DNA from: Enterococcus sp.
GTDB taxonomy: Bacteria > Bacillota > Bacilli > Lactobacillales > Enterococcaceae
Direction of reading: 5' to 3'
DNA length: 24,000 nucleotides
NCBI RefSeq assembly: GCF_022711995.1
Contig: NZ_JALAHI010000156.1
Location: 1-24,000, forward strand
Shown piece after piece: positions 16,032 to 24,000 of this stretch. The translations under genes were made by a program, and so were the position numbers. Positions within the stretch are counted from its first letter, which is position 1; each line of letters opens with the position of its first letter. Under the pieces are notes generated by a model. It was not told where the DNA came from. It worked only from the letters and a program-made list of their open reading frames with translations, and searched no databases.

Positions 16032-16067
16032 TTCTATCGGTCATTCTATCAGACGGACTGAAAAGAC

Positions 16068-16406
16068 TTATTTTTCAGTGTCTTCGGTTTTTGTTTCCTC
16101 AACAACATCTGCTGGTTCGATTTCAGTTGCAACTGATCCACCGGTACCAGGTACGACTGTACGGATTGATGCGCGATCGAATTCCAAGAAAATACCTTCA
16201 CAGTCAAGAACAACTGTGTTCTTATCTGTATTTACTTCAGAAAGAACGCCATGAAGTCCGCCAATTGTTACTACGCGATCTCCAGCTTTCATATTTTCCA
16301 ATAAGTTTTTTCGTTCTTGTTGTTGTTTCTTTTGTGAACGGCTCATGAAGAACCACATTGCCACCAAAGCAACAAGCATAAAGAGCATTGGTAAAGATTG
16401 TGCCAT
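16068..16406 (-). CDS. yajC: Preprotein translocase subunit YajC
   Basis: The track start at 16415 is a GTG inside GAGGTGA. The ATG at 16406 gives MAQSLPMLFMLVALVAMWFFMSRSQKKQQQERKNLLENMKAGDRVVTIGGLHG, the canonical YajC single TM plus the GD.V.T.GG motif. Confidence 0.92.
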   Translation of the reverse strand: MAQSLPMLFMLVALVAMWFFMSRSQKKQQQERKNLLENMKAGDRVVTIGGLHGVLSEVNTDKNTVVLDCEGIFLEFDRASIRTVVPGTGGSVATEIEPADVVEETKTEDTEK

Positions 16407-16488
16407 TTTTTTCACCTCAATTTTTTTACTTTTCTATAGATACTTTATCAGAATCTGACGTGTATTCCTACCGTTTTACCACATTAAA

Positions 16489-17634
<1,146 letters not shown>

Positions 17635-17683
17635 TCATTTCCCTACTTTCTTTATAGACTCGATTTACTGTGCAACGCTATTA

Positions 17684-17712
17684 ATGATAAGGGTTGTGGT
17701 AGGAATTTGCAA
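17684..17712 (-). promoter_or_regulatory. Candidate sigma-A promoter of tgt
   Basis: On the minus strand: TTGCAA (17712-17707), 17 nt, TATCAT (17689-17684). Confidence 0.4.
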
Positions 17713-17771
17713 GAAGCTTTCAGATTCTCTTCTTCTTTTTCAAAAAAACTTTCCTTTCATTAGCCTATTTT

Positions 17772-17800
17772 TTGTACAATCTATGGTCTTTTGCTATCAT
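17772..17800 (+). promoter_or_regulatory. Candidate sigma-A promoter of the DUF975 gene
   Basis: TTGTAC (17772-17777), 17 nt, TATCAT (17795-17800), with a TGc extended -10. Confidence 0.4.
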
Positions 17801-17827
17801 ATTAAACAAATAGAAAGGAGGGTTTTT

Positions 17828-18541
17828 ATGAAAACGATTGGACAACTAAAAAGCGAAGCCAAGTCGGTGCTCAGCGGTCGCTGGAAAGACAGTGTCTTGA
17901 TGTGCTTAGTTCCGACTTTGATTTCAATCGCGTTTGCTATTGTGCTTGTGGTGGTTGTCGTGTTGCCTTTGATGGCACTAAGCCAAACAAGTGGATTTGA
18001 CGGTCAATCCATCAATGAAGCGTCAAATGCAACAGGCGGTAGCGGCGGTGGTAGCGGATTGATCGGCGGGCTCTTTGCAGCGTTGTTCGGAGCAGGGATT
18101 TCTTGGACATTCCTTGATCTGTTACGCGGCAAGAAGCAAGAGATTCGGCCATTTTCTGATGTTTTTCGCGGATTTAGCGGAGCGTTCGCTCTTGGTATCA
18201 TCGTCATCTATATTTTATCAACGATTTTCACTAGTTTATGGGCATTATTATTTGTGATTCCAGGGATCATCAAGTCTTACTCCTACTCACAGGCGTATTT
18301 CATTTATTACGATACTTATGAACAAACAGGGACACGCCCCGATTTTCTGGCTTGTATCACGGCTAGCCGCCGCTTGATGAAGGGCTATAAAGGAAAACTG
18401 TTCTTGCTTGACTTGAGTTTTATTGGCTGGCACATTCTAGCCATTATCACCGCTGGAATCGGGTACCTTTGGTTAACACCTTATATCAGTGCTACCAAAG
18501 CAGCCTTCTATGATAATTTGCCAAAACAGACAGTAGCCTAA
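17828..18541 (+). CDS. DUF975 family integral membrane protein
   Basis: The track ORF starts at 17618, overlapping tgt. The ATG at 17828 follows AAAGGAGGG plus 5 nt. Features MKTIGQLKSEAKSVLSGRWKDS, a glycine-rich loop GGSGGGSGLIGG, and GIIKSYSYSQAYFIYYD are typical of DUF975. Confidence 0.85.
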   Translation: MKTIGQLKSEAKSVLSGRWKDSVLMCLVPTLISIAFAIVLVVVVVLPLMALSQTSGFDGQSINEASNATGGSGGGSGLIGGLFAALFGAGISWTFLDLLRGKKQEIRPFSDVFRGFSGAFALGIIVIYILSTIFTSLWALLFVIPGIIKSYSYSQAYFIYYDTYEQTGTRPDFLACITASRRLMKGYKGKLFLLDLSFIGWHILAIITAGIGYLWLTPYISATKAAFYDNLPKQTVA

Positions 18542-18708
18542 AAAAAGGGCTGTGCCATAAGTCTCCGACAAGTAACATTCTCCGAACAGTAACTAGTATT
18601 GCTCCTGCGGTGCAGGGACTCCTCGTCGCAAAAGTAGGAGTCTGTCGCAATAGACTATTGTTCGGTTTCACTTGTTGGATAATGACTTATGCCACAGTCC
18701 TTTTTTTT
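18541..18708. repeat. ~168-bp imperfect palindromic intergenic element whose outer stem doubles as a bidirectional terminator
   Basis: A6 (18541-18546), then outer arms gggctgtgccataagtc (18547-18563) / gacttatgccacagtcc (18684-18700), then T8 (18701-18708). The inner arms also pair imperfectly (ccgacaagtaac...ccgaacagtaactagtattgc versus gcaatagactattgttcgg...cttgttgg). Two central mini-hairpins are present: cctgc/gcagg at 18604-18616 and gactcct/aggagtc at 18617-18642. Confidence 0.75.
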
Positions 18709-18742
18709 ATGAAAAACTGACTTCAACCCAATGTTGCTACCG

Positions 18743-19915
18743 TCAATTGACGCTTTCTGCTAGGACAGCATCTTTGACTGAATCTGCCACAATCTTAGCG
18801 ACTCCTTCTTGGAAAGCATCCGGAATAATATTTGTTGGCGTCAGCTCCTCGTCTGGGATCAAGCTGGCAATTCCTTTGGCTGCGGCAATCTGCATCTCAA
18901 CGGTGATTTTGCGGGCTTGGGCATCTAAAGCTCCACGGAAAATCCCTGGAAAAGCCAACACATTATTGATTTGATTTGGAAAATCACTACGTCCGGTCCC
19001 TACAATATAGGCCCCTCCTGCCAAGGCTTCGTCGGGGAAGATTTCCGGAACTGGATTAGCCATAGCAAAGATCACAGGTTTGTCTCCCATCTCAGCGATC
19101 CATTCCTTTTTCAATGCCCCCGGAGCGGAAACACCAATGAAAATATCGGCCCCTTTCAATGCGGTCCGCAAATCTCCGGAAAGATGATCCCGATTTGTCA
19201 CTTTAGCAATCTCTGCATGATGCGGTGGCAACTGATCATTTTCTTCATTCAAGATTCCCACCTTATCTACAACAATGATATTTTCTGCACCGGCTGCCAA
19301 AAATTTTCGAGTAATCGAAAGCCCTGCGGAGCCACCTCCGTTGACAACGATTTTGGCTTCTGCCAGCGATTTGCCAATCAATTTCAGACTATTGAAAGCA
19401 GCTGCTAATACAACGATGGCCGTCCCATGCTGGTCATCATGGAAGATCGGAATCCCGCATTCTTCGATCAACCGCTGCTCGATTTCAAAACAGCGCGGCG
19501 CACTGATATCTTCTAAATTGATTCCCCCGAAGGTTGGTGCGATTGCTTTGACGATCGCAATGATTTCTTCGGTGTCTTGGGTGTCTAACACGATAGGGAT
19601 CGCATCGACATCGGCAAAGCGTTTGAATAAAGCGGCTTTCCCTTCCATGACCGGCATTGCTGCTTCCGGTCCAATATTTCCCAGTCCTAACACTGCGGAA
19701 CCATCGCTTACAACAGCGACAGTGTTTTTCTTAGTTGTCAATGAATAGGCCAGTTTTCTATCTTCTGCAATTGCGGAAGAGACAGCAGCTACCCCTGGAG
19801 TGTAGGCAATACTTAAATCTCGTCGATTTTCGATTGCGACTTTCGAGACGACTTCCAATTTTCCGCCATATTCTTTGGCTTGTTGCAAAGCGATTTCTTT
19901 TACATCTTCTGACAT
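18743..19915 (-). CDS. maeE: NAD-dependent malic enzyme (oxaloacetate-decarboxylating malate dehydrogenase)
   Basis: 390 aa. Shows LSIAYTPGVA, VVSDGSAVLGLGNIGP...MPVMEGKA and GGINLEDISAPRCFEIE. AGGAGG RBS. Synteny with the transporter and the two-component system matches the mae loci described in Lactobacillus casei and Enterococcus faecalis. Confidence 0.93.
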   Translation of the reverse strand: MSEDVKEIALQQAKEYGGKLEVVSKVAIENRRDLSIAYTPGVAAVSSAIAEDRKLAYSLTTKKNTVAVVSDGSAVLGLGNIGPEAAMPVMEGKAALFKRFADVDAIPIVLDTQDTEEIIAIVKAIAPTFGGINLEDISAPRCFEIEQRLIEECGIPIFHDDQHGTAIVVLAAAFNSLKLIGKSLAEAKIVVNGGGSAGLSITRKFLAAGAENIIVVDKVGILNEENDQLPPHHAEIAKVTNRDHLSGDLRTALKGADIFIGVSAPGALKKEWIAEMGDKPVIFAMANPVPEIFPDEALAGGAYIVGTGRSDFPNQINNVLAFPGIFRGALDAQARKITVEMQIAAAKGIASLIPDEELTPTNIIPDAFQEGVAKIVADSVKDAVLAESVN

Positions 19916-19952
19916 GATAGGTTCCTCCTATAGTTGATCACTTTCTTCTCTT

Positions 19953-21302
19953 TTAAAAAATCATTCGTAAAATCGCGGTCATAGCAATCACTGTGATGGC
20001 ACCGCCTAAACGGGTTGCTACTTGGGCAAAAGGCATCAAATTCATTCGGTCGGCAGTGCTCAAGATTGCTACATCACCTGTGCCGCCCATGCCGCTTTGA
20101 CAAGCAGAAATAATTGCGGCTTCGATAGGATACATATTCATAAAACGAGAAACGACAAATCCAGTGGCAATTACCGTAAACACTACACTGATAACGACAA
20201 GAAAATAAGGGATACTCAATGTGCCCACAACATCTTTTAAAGGAATGTACAACAACCCAAGCCCGGTCATCAATGGAAACGTAAAGTTACCAGAAATAAA
20301 TTTATACAATTGTTTAGAGCCGTGTTGTGTTTCCGTTGGGACCACATTCAAGTATTTCAAAAATGCCGCTAAGACGATCATCAACACTGGTCCAGGAAAG
20401 CCAGTCAAATGCTGCAGTAAGCTGCCGGCAATGAACAGCGTACAAGCAGTCAACACCCCAGCGCCCATTTTCTTGATATCAAAAGCGCCGGAATCATCTT
20501 TTAATGCATCCTCCATATCGTCCTCATTACTTATTTTAACGAGTTGACCACCTCCAGAAAGATCTGGCCGTTTTTCTCCCCAGCGAGACAATAATGCGGT
20601 ACACATGATTGCAAAGAAATTACCAATGATGGTGGCTGGAATCAATTGTGCCACCAACTGATCACTGCCTAAGCCAGTGATTGCGCTATAGCCAAGGGAT
20701 AGAGGCAAGATGCCTTCACCGATCCCGCCAGCTAACACCGGCGTAACAATGAAAAATAGCGTGTGCTGCCATTCTAAGCCTAATAATACACCAACTAGCG
20801 TGCCAACCCCCATTGCGCAGATCATTCCGATCATCATAGGAATGATCATTCGCATCAATCCTTGCACGAGGATTTTACGATTCATGCCTAAAATACTGCC
20901 GCAAACAAGACAAGCAATATAAAAATATAAAAAATTGGCTTGCTTCATCAAAATATCGGCAGATTCAAGAATATTCGGATTGACTAAGTTGAAGAAAACC
21001 AAAATAGAGGGAATCAATAAAGATAAAATTGCCGGACCACCGAAATTCTTGATAAAAGGAATATTGGCACCAATCGTTCCTAACAACCAGCCTAACGTTA
21101 AAATAACTGCAAAACCACCTAACATATTGACAGGTAGTTGTTGTAATAGCCCGGTGACTACAATGACTGTCGCGAGCACAATGTAGACCGGTAATGGAAC
21201 CGAACCAACTTTGATTTTCATCCACCGATCAACCAACTTCTCTTCTTTTGCTTTCGATTCAACCTGTTTTCTCACCACATGGGATTCGATATGCTTTTCC
21301 AT
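19953..21302 (-). CDS. maeP: 2-hydroxycarboxylate transporter family (malate permease)
   Basis: 449 aa and polytopic, CitP/MleP-like. AGGAGG lies 8 nt upstream of the ATG at 21302. It ends 37 nt upstream of maeE. Confidence 0.88.
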   Translation of the reverse strand: MEKHIESHVVRKQVESKAKEEKLVDRWMKIKVGSVPLPVYIVLATVIVVTGLLQQLPVNMLGGFAVILTLGWLLGTIGANIPFIKNFGGPAILSLLIPSILVFFNLVNPNILESADILMKQANFLYFYIACLVCGSILGMNRKILVQGLMRMIIPMMIGMICAMGVGTLVGVLLGLEWQHTLFFIVTPVLAGGIGEGILPLSLGYSAITGLGSDQLVAQLIPATIIGNFFAIMCTALLSRWGEKRPDLSGGGQLVKISNEDDMEDALKDDSGAFDIKKMGAGVLTACTLFIAGSLLQHLTGFPGPVLMIVLAAFLKYLNVVPTETQHGSKQLYKFISGNFTFPLMTGLGLLYIPLKDVVGTLSIPYFLVVISVVFTVIATGFVVSRFMNMYPIEAAIISACQSGMGGTGDVAILSTADRMNLMPFAQVATRLGGAITVIAMTAILRMIF

Positions 21303-21356
21303 TTTGCATTCCTCCTAAAATGATTTCAATCAAACGATTGGTTACTCACAGATTAA

Positions 21357-21370
21357 AGCAAACGTTTTCT
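21357..21370. promoter_or_regulatory. cre-like (CcpA) site in the mae divergent promoter region
   Basis: AGCAAACGTTTTCT matches 6 of the 9 specified positions of TGWNANCGNTNWCA, including the central CG. On the minus strand it lies immediately upstream of a TGcTTTAAT extended -10 for maeP. Confidence 0.4.
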
Positions 21371-21380
21371 TTTTCGTAGT

Positions 21381-21414
21381 TTATTTAATTATTTTAAGTA
21401 TTTAAATTAATTAA
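21381..21414. promoter_or_regulatory. Four tandem TTATTTAA-like direct repeats; candidate MaeR binding sites
   Basis: TTATTTAA (21381-21388), TTATTTTAA (21389-21397), GTATTTAA (21398-21405), ATTAATTAA (21406-21414). As I recall, MaeR of L. casei was footprinted on TTATT(A/T)AA direct repeats. Confidence 0.5.
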
Positions 21415-21439
21415 AGCGCCGAAAGGTTTTCGTCAGCTA

Positions 21440-21448
21440 TGTTATAAT
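21440..21448 (+). promoter_or_regulatory. Extended -10 element of the maeKR promoter
   Basis: TGtTATAAT at 21440-21448. The -35 position reads cgaaag, a poor match, which fits activator dependence. Confidence 0.45.
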
Positions 21449-21471
21449 TTAAGAGCAAAGGGGGAACTACA

Positions 21472-23007
21472 GTGAAAAAAGGGTTACGGTTATGGGGTGT
21501 GTTAACAGTCGTTTTTACGATCATCCTGCTCCTTGTCACCTCTATTCTTTATGGATTGGTCCTGATACAAAATTCGTCATTTATTCGTTCCAATGAAGAA
21601 CAATTGCTCTTAGCCGTTGGCAAACAGCTGGCCATCGATCCACAGGTGACCGCTGCGCTAGAAGAAGAAAAGACCAATGCTGAATTGGAAGCGTACACAA
21701 AAGAAGTGACGCAAATACATGGACTAGACTTCGTGGTTGTGATGAATATGCAGGCGATTCGCTTGACTCATCCCGATGAGTCCCAAATCGGTAAACACTT
21801 CGAAGGTGGTGATGAAGTCACCGCATTGGAAGGAAAAGAGCACACTTCCATCAGTGAAGGAACATTGGGCCGCTCACTGCGGGGATTCGTTCCGGTCTAT
21901 TCCCTAACAGAACCGAAGAAACAAATCGGTGTGGTGGCTTTAGGAATCCGCATGCAGTCACTAAGCGCTTTAATAAAAAGTTCCCGAGAAGGGTATTTGA
22001 TTGCTTTGGTGCTAAGTATTGCGATCGCCGCCTGCGCAGCAACTGGACTCGCCTATTATTTAAAAAGACAACTGCACAATTTAGAACCAAAGGAAATTTC
22101 ACGGCTTTTTGAAGAACGCAATGCCATGTTAGAAGAGACCAAAGATGCTGTCATTGTCTTGGATTTGAACCAACAAATCAATCTGGCGAATATCGCTGCG
22201 AACGAACTATATCAAAAGAACAGTGGCCGCACAGACTCATTAGTCGGCAAACATTTGCAAGATCTAGTTTTGCAGACAGAAACTATCGATTTAGAACGCA
22301 ATGTCGAACAGCTCTATCGGCAAAATGGGCAAGATTTTCTTTTCTCCTCGGCGCCGATCATCGTGGAACAAAAACGGATCGGTTGGATCGTCTTTTTGCG
22401 TAATGCGACGGAGTCGTTGTTCGTTATGGATCAACTAGCCAACACCACCGCATATGCCACTGCGCTGCAGTCTCAATCTCATGAATTTATGAATAAACTG
22501 CATGTGATCTATGGACTCGCCGACTTAAAAGCATATGATGAGTTGAAAATTTATCTGGATGATATTTTGACTCCCGAAAAAGAGTTTTCTCATCGACTCT
22601 CCTTTTTAGTTCAGAATCCGCAAATCGCCGGATTCCTCATTGGAGAACGACAAAAATTTTCGGAACGTAAAATCCAGCTTCTGATTGAGATTTCACCAGA
22701 AATCCCTGCGAATCCGCAAGAAGCAGAAACCAAAGCCTTGATCGATCTTTACCGCTACATTCATCATATTTTGCTGCAGATGCAGGCCATCGAGGAATTG
22801 CGGATCGAGATTCAATACGCGATCGATCAGCTGACCTCTACTTACACGATCCAGCTGTCTGAAGCCAATCAGCAAGTTCAGGACAGTTTTCACAGCAACT
22901 ATTTCCAGCAAATGCTAAAAGATTATCAGGCACTGTTTTCTATTGAGGAACAGCCAAACCTAGTTATTCTTCAAATTCAAACACATTATCATGGGGTGAT
23001 AAAATGA
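21472..23007 (+). CDS. maeK: DcuS/CitA-family C4-dicarboxylate (malate) sensor kinase
   Basis: GTG start at 21472 after AAGGGGGAA plus 5 nt. Two TM segments flank a periplasmic PAS/Cache-like domain carrying IRLTHP and GRSLRGF. A cytoplasmic PAS domain follows, then the H-box QSQSHEFMNKLHVIYGL. The C-terminal domain is atypical (see findings). The stop overlaps the maeR start (ATGA). Confidence 0.88.
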   Translation: MKKGLRLWGVLTVVFTIILLLVTSILYGLVLIQNSSFIRSNEEQLLLAVGKQLAIDPQVTAALEEEKTNAELEAYTKEVTQIHGLDFVVVMNMQAIRLTHPDESQIGKHFEGGDEVTALEGKEHTSISEGTLGRSLRGFVPVYSLTEPKKQIGVVALGIRMQSLSALIKSSREGYLIALVLSIAIAACAATGLAYYLKRQLHNLEPKEISRLFEERNAMLEETKDAVIVLDLNQQINLANIAANELYQKNSGRTDSLVGKHLQDLVLQTETIDLERNVEQLYRQNGQDFLFSSAPIIVEQKRIGWIVFLRNATESLFVMDQLANTTAYATALQSQSHEFMNKLHVIYGLADLKAYDELKIYLDDILTPEKEFSHRLSFLVQNPQIAGFLIGERQKFSERKIQLLIEISPEIPANPQEAETKALIDLYRYIHHILLQMQAIEELRIEIQYAIDQLTSTYTIQLSEANQQVQDSFHSNYFQQMLKDYQALFSIEEQPNLVILQIQTHYHGVIK

Positions 23008-23681
23008 AACCATTAAACGGATTGATCGTCGAAGATGACCCAATGGTGGAGTTTATCCATCGGAACTATTTAGAAAAAATTGGTACCTTTCAAGAAATCT
23101 ATTCGGCAGATACAGTCGCCGACGCTGAACATTTACTACAAAGTAAACAAGTTGATTTAGTACTGCTCGATGTCCATCTGAAAAACGGCAACGGCTTAGA
23201 CTTGCTCAAAGAGATCCGCGAGTCGCAACAAGCCATCGAAGTGATTTTGATCACAGCGGCCAATGAAACTCAGACCATCCAGTACGGACTGCATCTAGGG
23301 GTCCTGGACTACCTTGTCAAACCATTTACCTATGAACGCTTCCGGCAAAGCATCGAGCTGTTTCTAAAAAGGCAAGAAGCTTTGGAACAAGACAATTTAG
23401 CACAAGAAACCATTGACCAAATGCTCGTGGCCAAACAAAGACCTGATTCATCCTCTGTTGAACTGGATAAAGGCCTGTCTGCGGATACGATGGATCGTAT
23501 CAAAGCAGCGATCCAAACCTTTCCGGCAGCGTTCACGATCCAAGATTTGGTGGAAATCAGCGGCTTTTCCCACGTTTCCGTACGGAAATATATGTCTTAT
23601 TTAGAAACGCACGACTATGTCAAAAGTCAGATCATCTATACTAAGATTGGGCGTCCCTATAAAGTGTATCAAAAATGCTGA
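23004..23681 (+). CDS. maeR: CitB/DcuR-family response regulator
   Basis: 225 aa. The receiver domain has the ED pair (IVEDDP), the phospho-acceptor context LVLLDVHL, ILITAAN and LVKPF. A C-terminal HTH is present (ISGFSHVSVRKYMSYL). Confidence 0.9.
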   Translation: MKPLNGLIVEDDPMVEFIHRNYLEKIGTFQEIYSADTVADAEHLLQSKQVDLVLLDVHLKNGNGLDLLKEIRESQQAIEVILITAANETQTIQYGLHLGVLDYLVKPFTYERFRQSIELFLKRQEALEQDNLAQETIDQMLVAKQRPDSSSVELDKGLSADTMDRIKAAIQTFPAAFTIQDLVEISGFSHVSVRKYMSYLETHDYVKSQIIYTKIGRPYKVYQKC

Positions 23682-23807
23682 TAGACCATTAAAACAGCCG
23701 CCTATCCCTGATTTTGCCATCATCTGACTCGTTTTTTTCTGATAGGCACCCATCTTTTCCCTCTGCCAATGAGGACTTGCTTCAATGAGTCGATACAGAT
23801 TTTCCGT

Positions 23808-23836
23808 TTGCAAACGCTTTCTAAATATGCTATAGT
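23808..23836 (+). promoter_or_regulatory. Strong sigma-A-type promoter facing the right edge, with an overlapping cre-like site
   Basis: TTGCAA (23808-23813), 17 nt, TATAGT (23831-23836), preceded by TGc. TGCAAACGCTTTCT (23809-23822) resembles the cre consensus. Confidence 0.55.
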
Positions 23837-24000
23837 ATAGGTGTAAGGAAGGTAGCAACTCTGTTAGTGGTCTTGTAAATATCGCAAACTCAATCTACAA
23901 AAAGTTGTTGAACGTACAAGTTTCACCTAGTATCAAGCGTGTAAAGTAACAGAAAAGCGTAACACAAAATCGAGAATCTTTTCGAAAATAGGATACGTCT

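Noticed and set aside
18672-19917. Plus-strand ORFs 18672..18974, 18971..19408, 19275..19748 and 19735..19917 opposite maeE
   Set aside because: They are antisense to a highly conserved malic enzyme gene. The long antisense frames come from codon bias, and none has an RBS.
21381-21414. AT-rich tandem 8-9-bp repeats as a possible CRISPR or minisatellite
   Set aside because: The units are far too short, have no spacers and sit exactly between two divergent promoters. A transcription-factor (MaeR) binding array is the simpler reading.
23682-23760. Intrinsic terminator for maeR
   Set aside because: Only a 7-bp gcctatc/gataggc pairing with a ~35-nt loop and an internal T-run could be found. It is not convincing enough to annotate.
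23601-23858. 85-aa minus-strand ORF overlapping the 3' end of maeR and the downstream promoter
   Set aside because: It has no RBS, overlaps a well-supported gene and a strong plus-strand promoter, and its product has no recognisable features.

Overview
This is a chromosomal segment that looks like Enterococcus or another member of the Lactobacillales. That placement is an inference from gene content and roughly 40% GC. I call 21 protein-coding genes and find no rRNA, tRNA, CRISPR array, IS element or phage gene.

Gene order, left to right:
- A 5'-partial, minus-strand LRR/MucBP surface adhesin. The ORF track misses it because it has no stop codon in the window.
- A GNAT acetyltransferase and two small hypothetical genes.
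- adhE, with two Rex-type boxes bracketing its promoter.
- A five-gene minus-strand operon: Ntn (glycosyl)asparaginase, orphan PTS EIIC, a protein homologous only to the GrdB N-terminal domain, and two M42 peptidase paralogs.
- A second minus-strand operon immediately upstream: YitT-family membrane protein, GntR/HutC regulator and M20 dipeptidase.
- hsp20, yajC, tgt and a DUF975 membrane protein.
- The malate-utilisation locus maeE-maeP / maeK-maeR.

Many ORF-track starts are GTG or TTG codons that sit inside the real Shine-Dalgarno sequence. I re-called those starts at the downstream ATG.

The most interesting region is 6968-15131. It combines a sugar-type PTS permease with four peptide or Asn-amide hydrolases, and both of its promoters carry the same 14-bp-phased AGTATATACT palindrome arrays. 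I read it as an uncharacterised glycopeptide, glycosyl-Asn or beta-aspartyl-peptide catabolic regulon.

Other points worth a second look:
- One M42 paralog has three of its five metal ligands replaced.
- The GrdB-like protein lacks the selenocysteine-bearing half of GrdB.
- The ATP-binding domain of MaeK lacks recognisable N, G1 and G2 boxes.
- A roughly 168-bp palindromic intergenic element has a half-copy elsewhere in the window.
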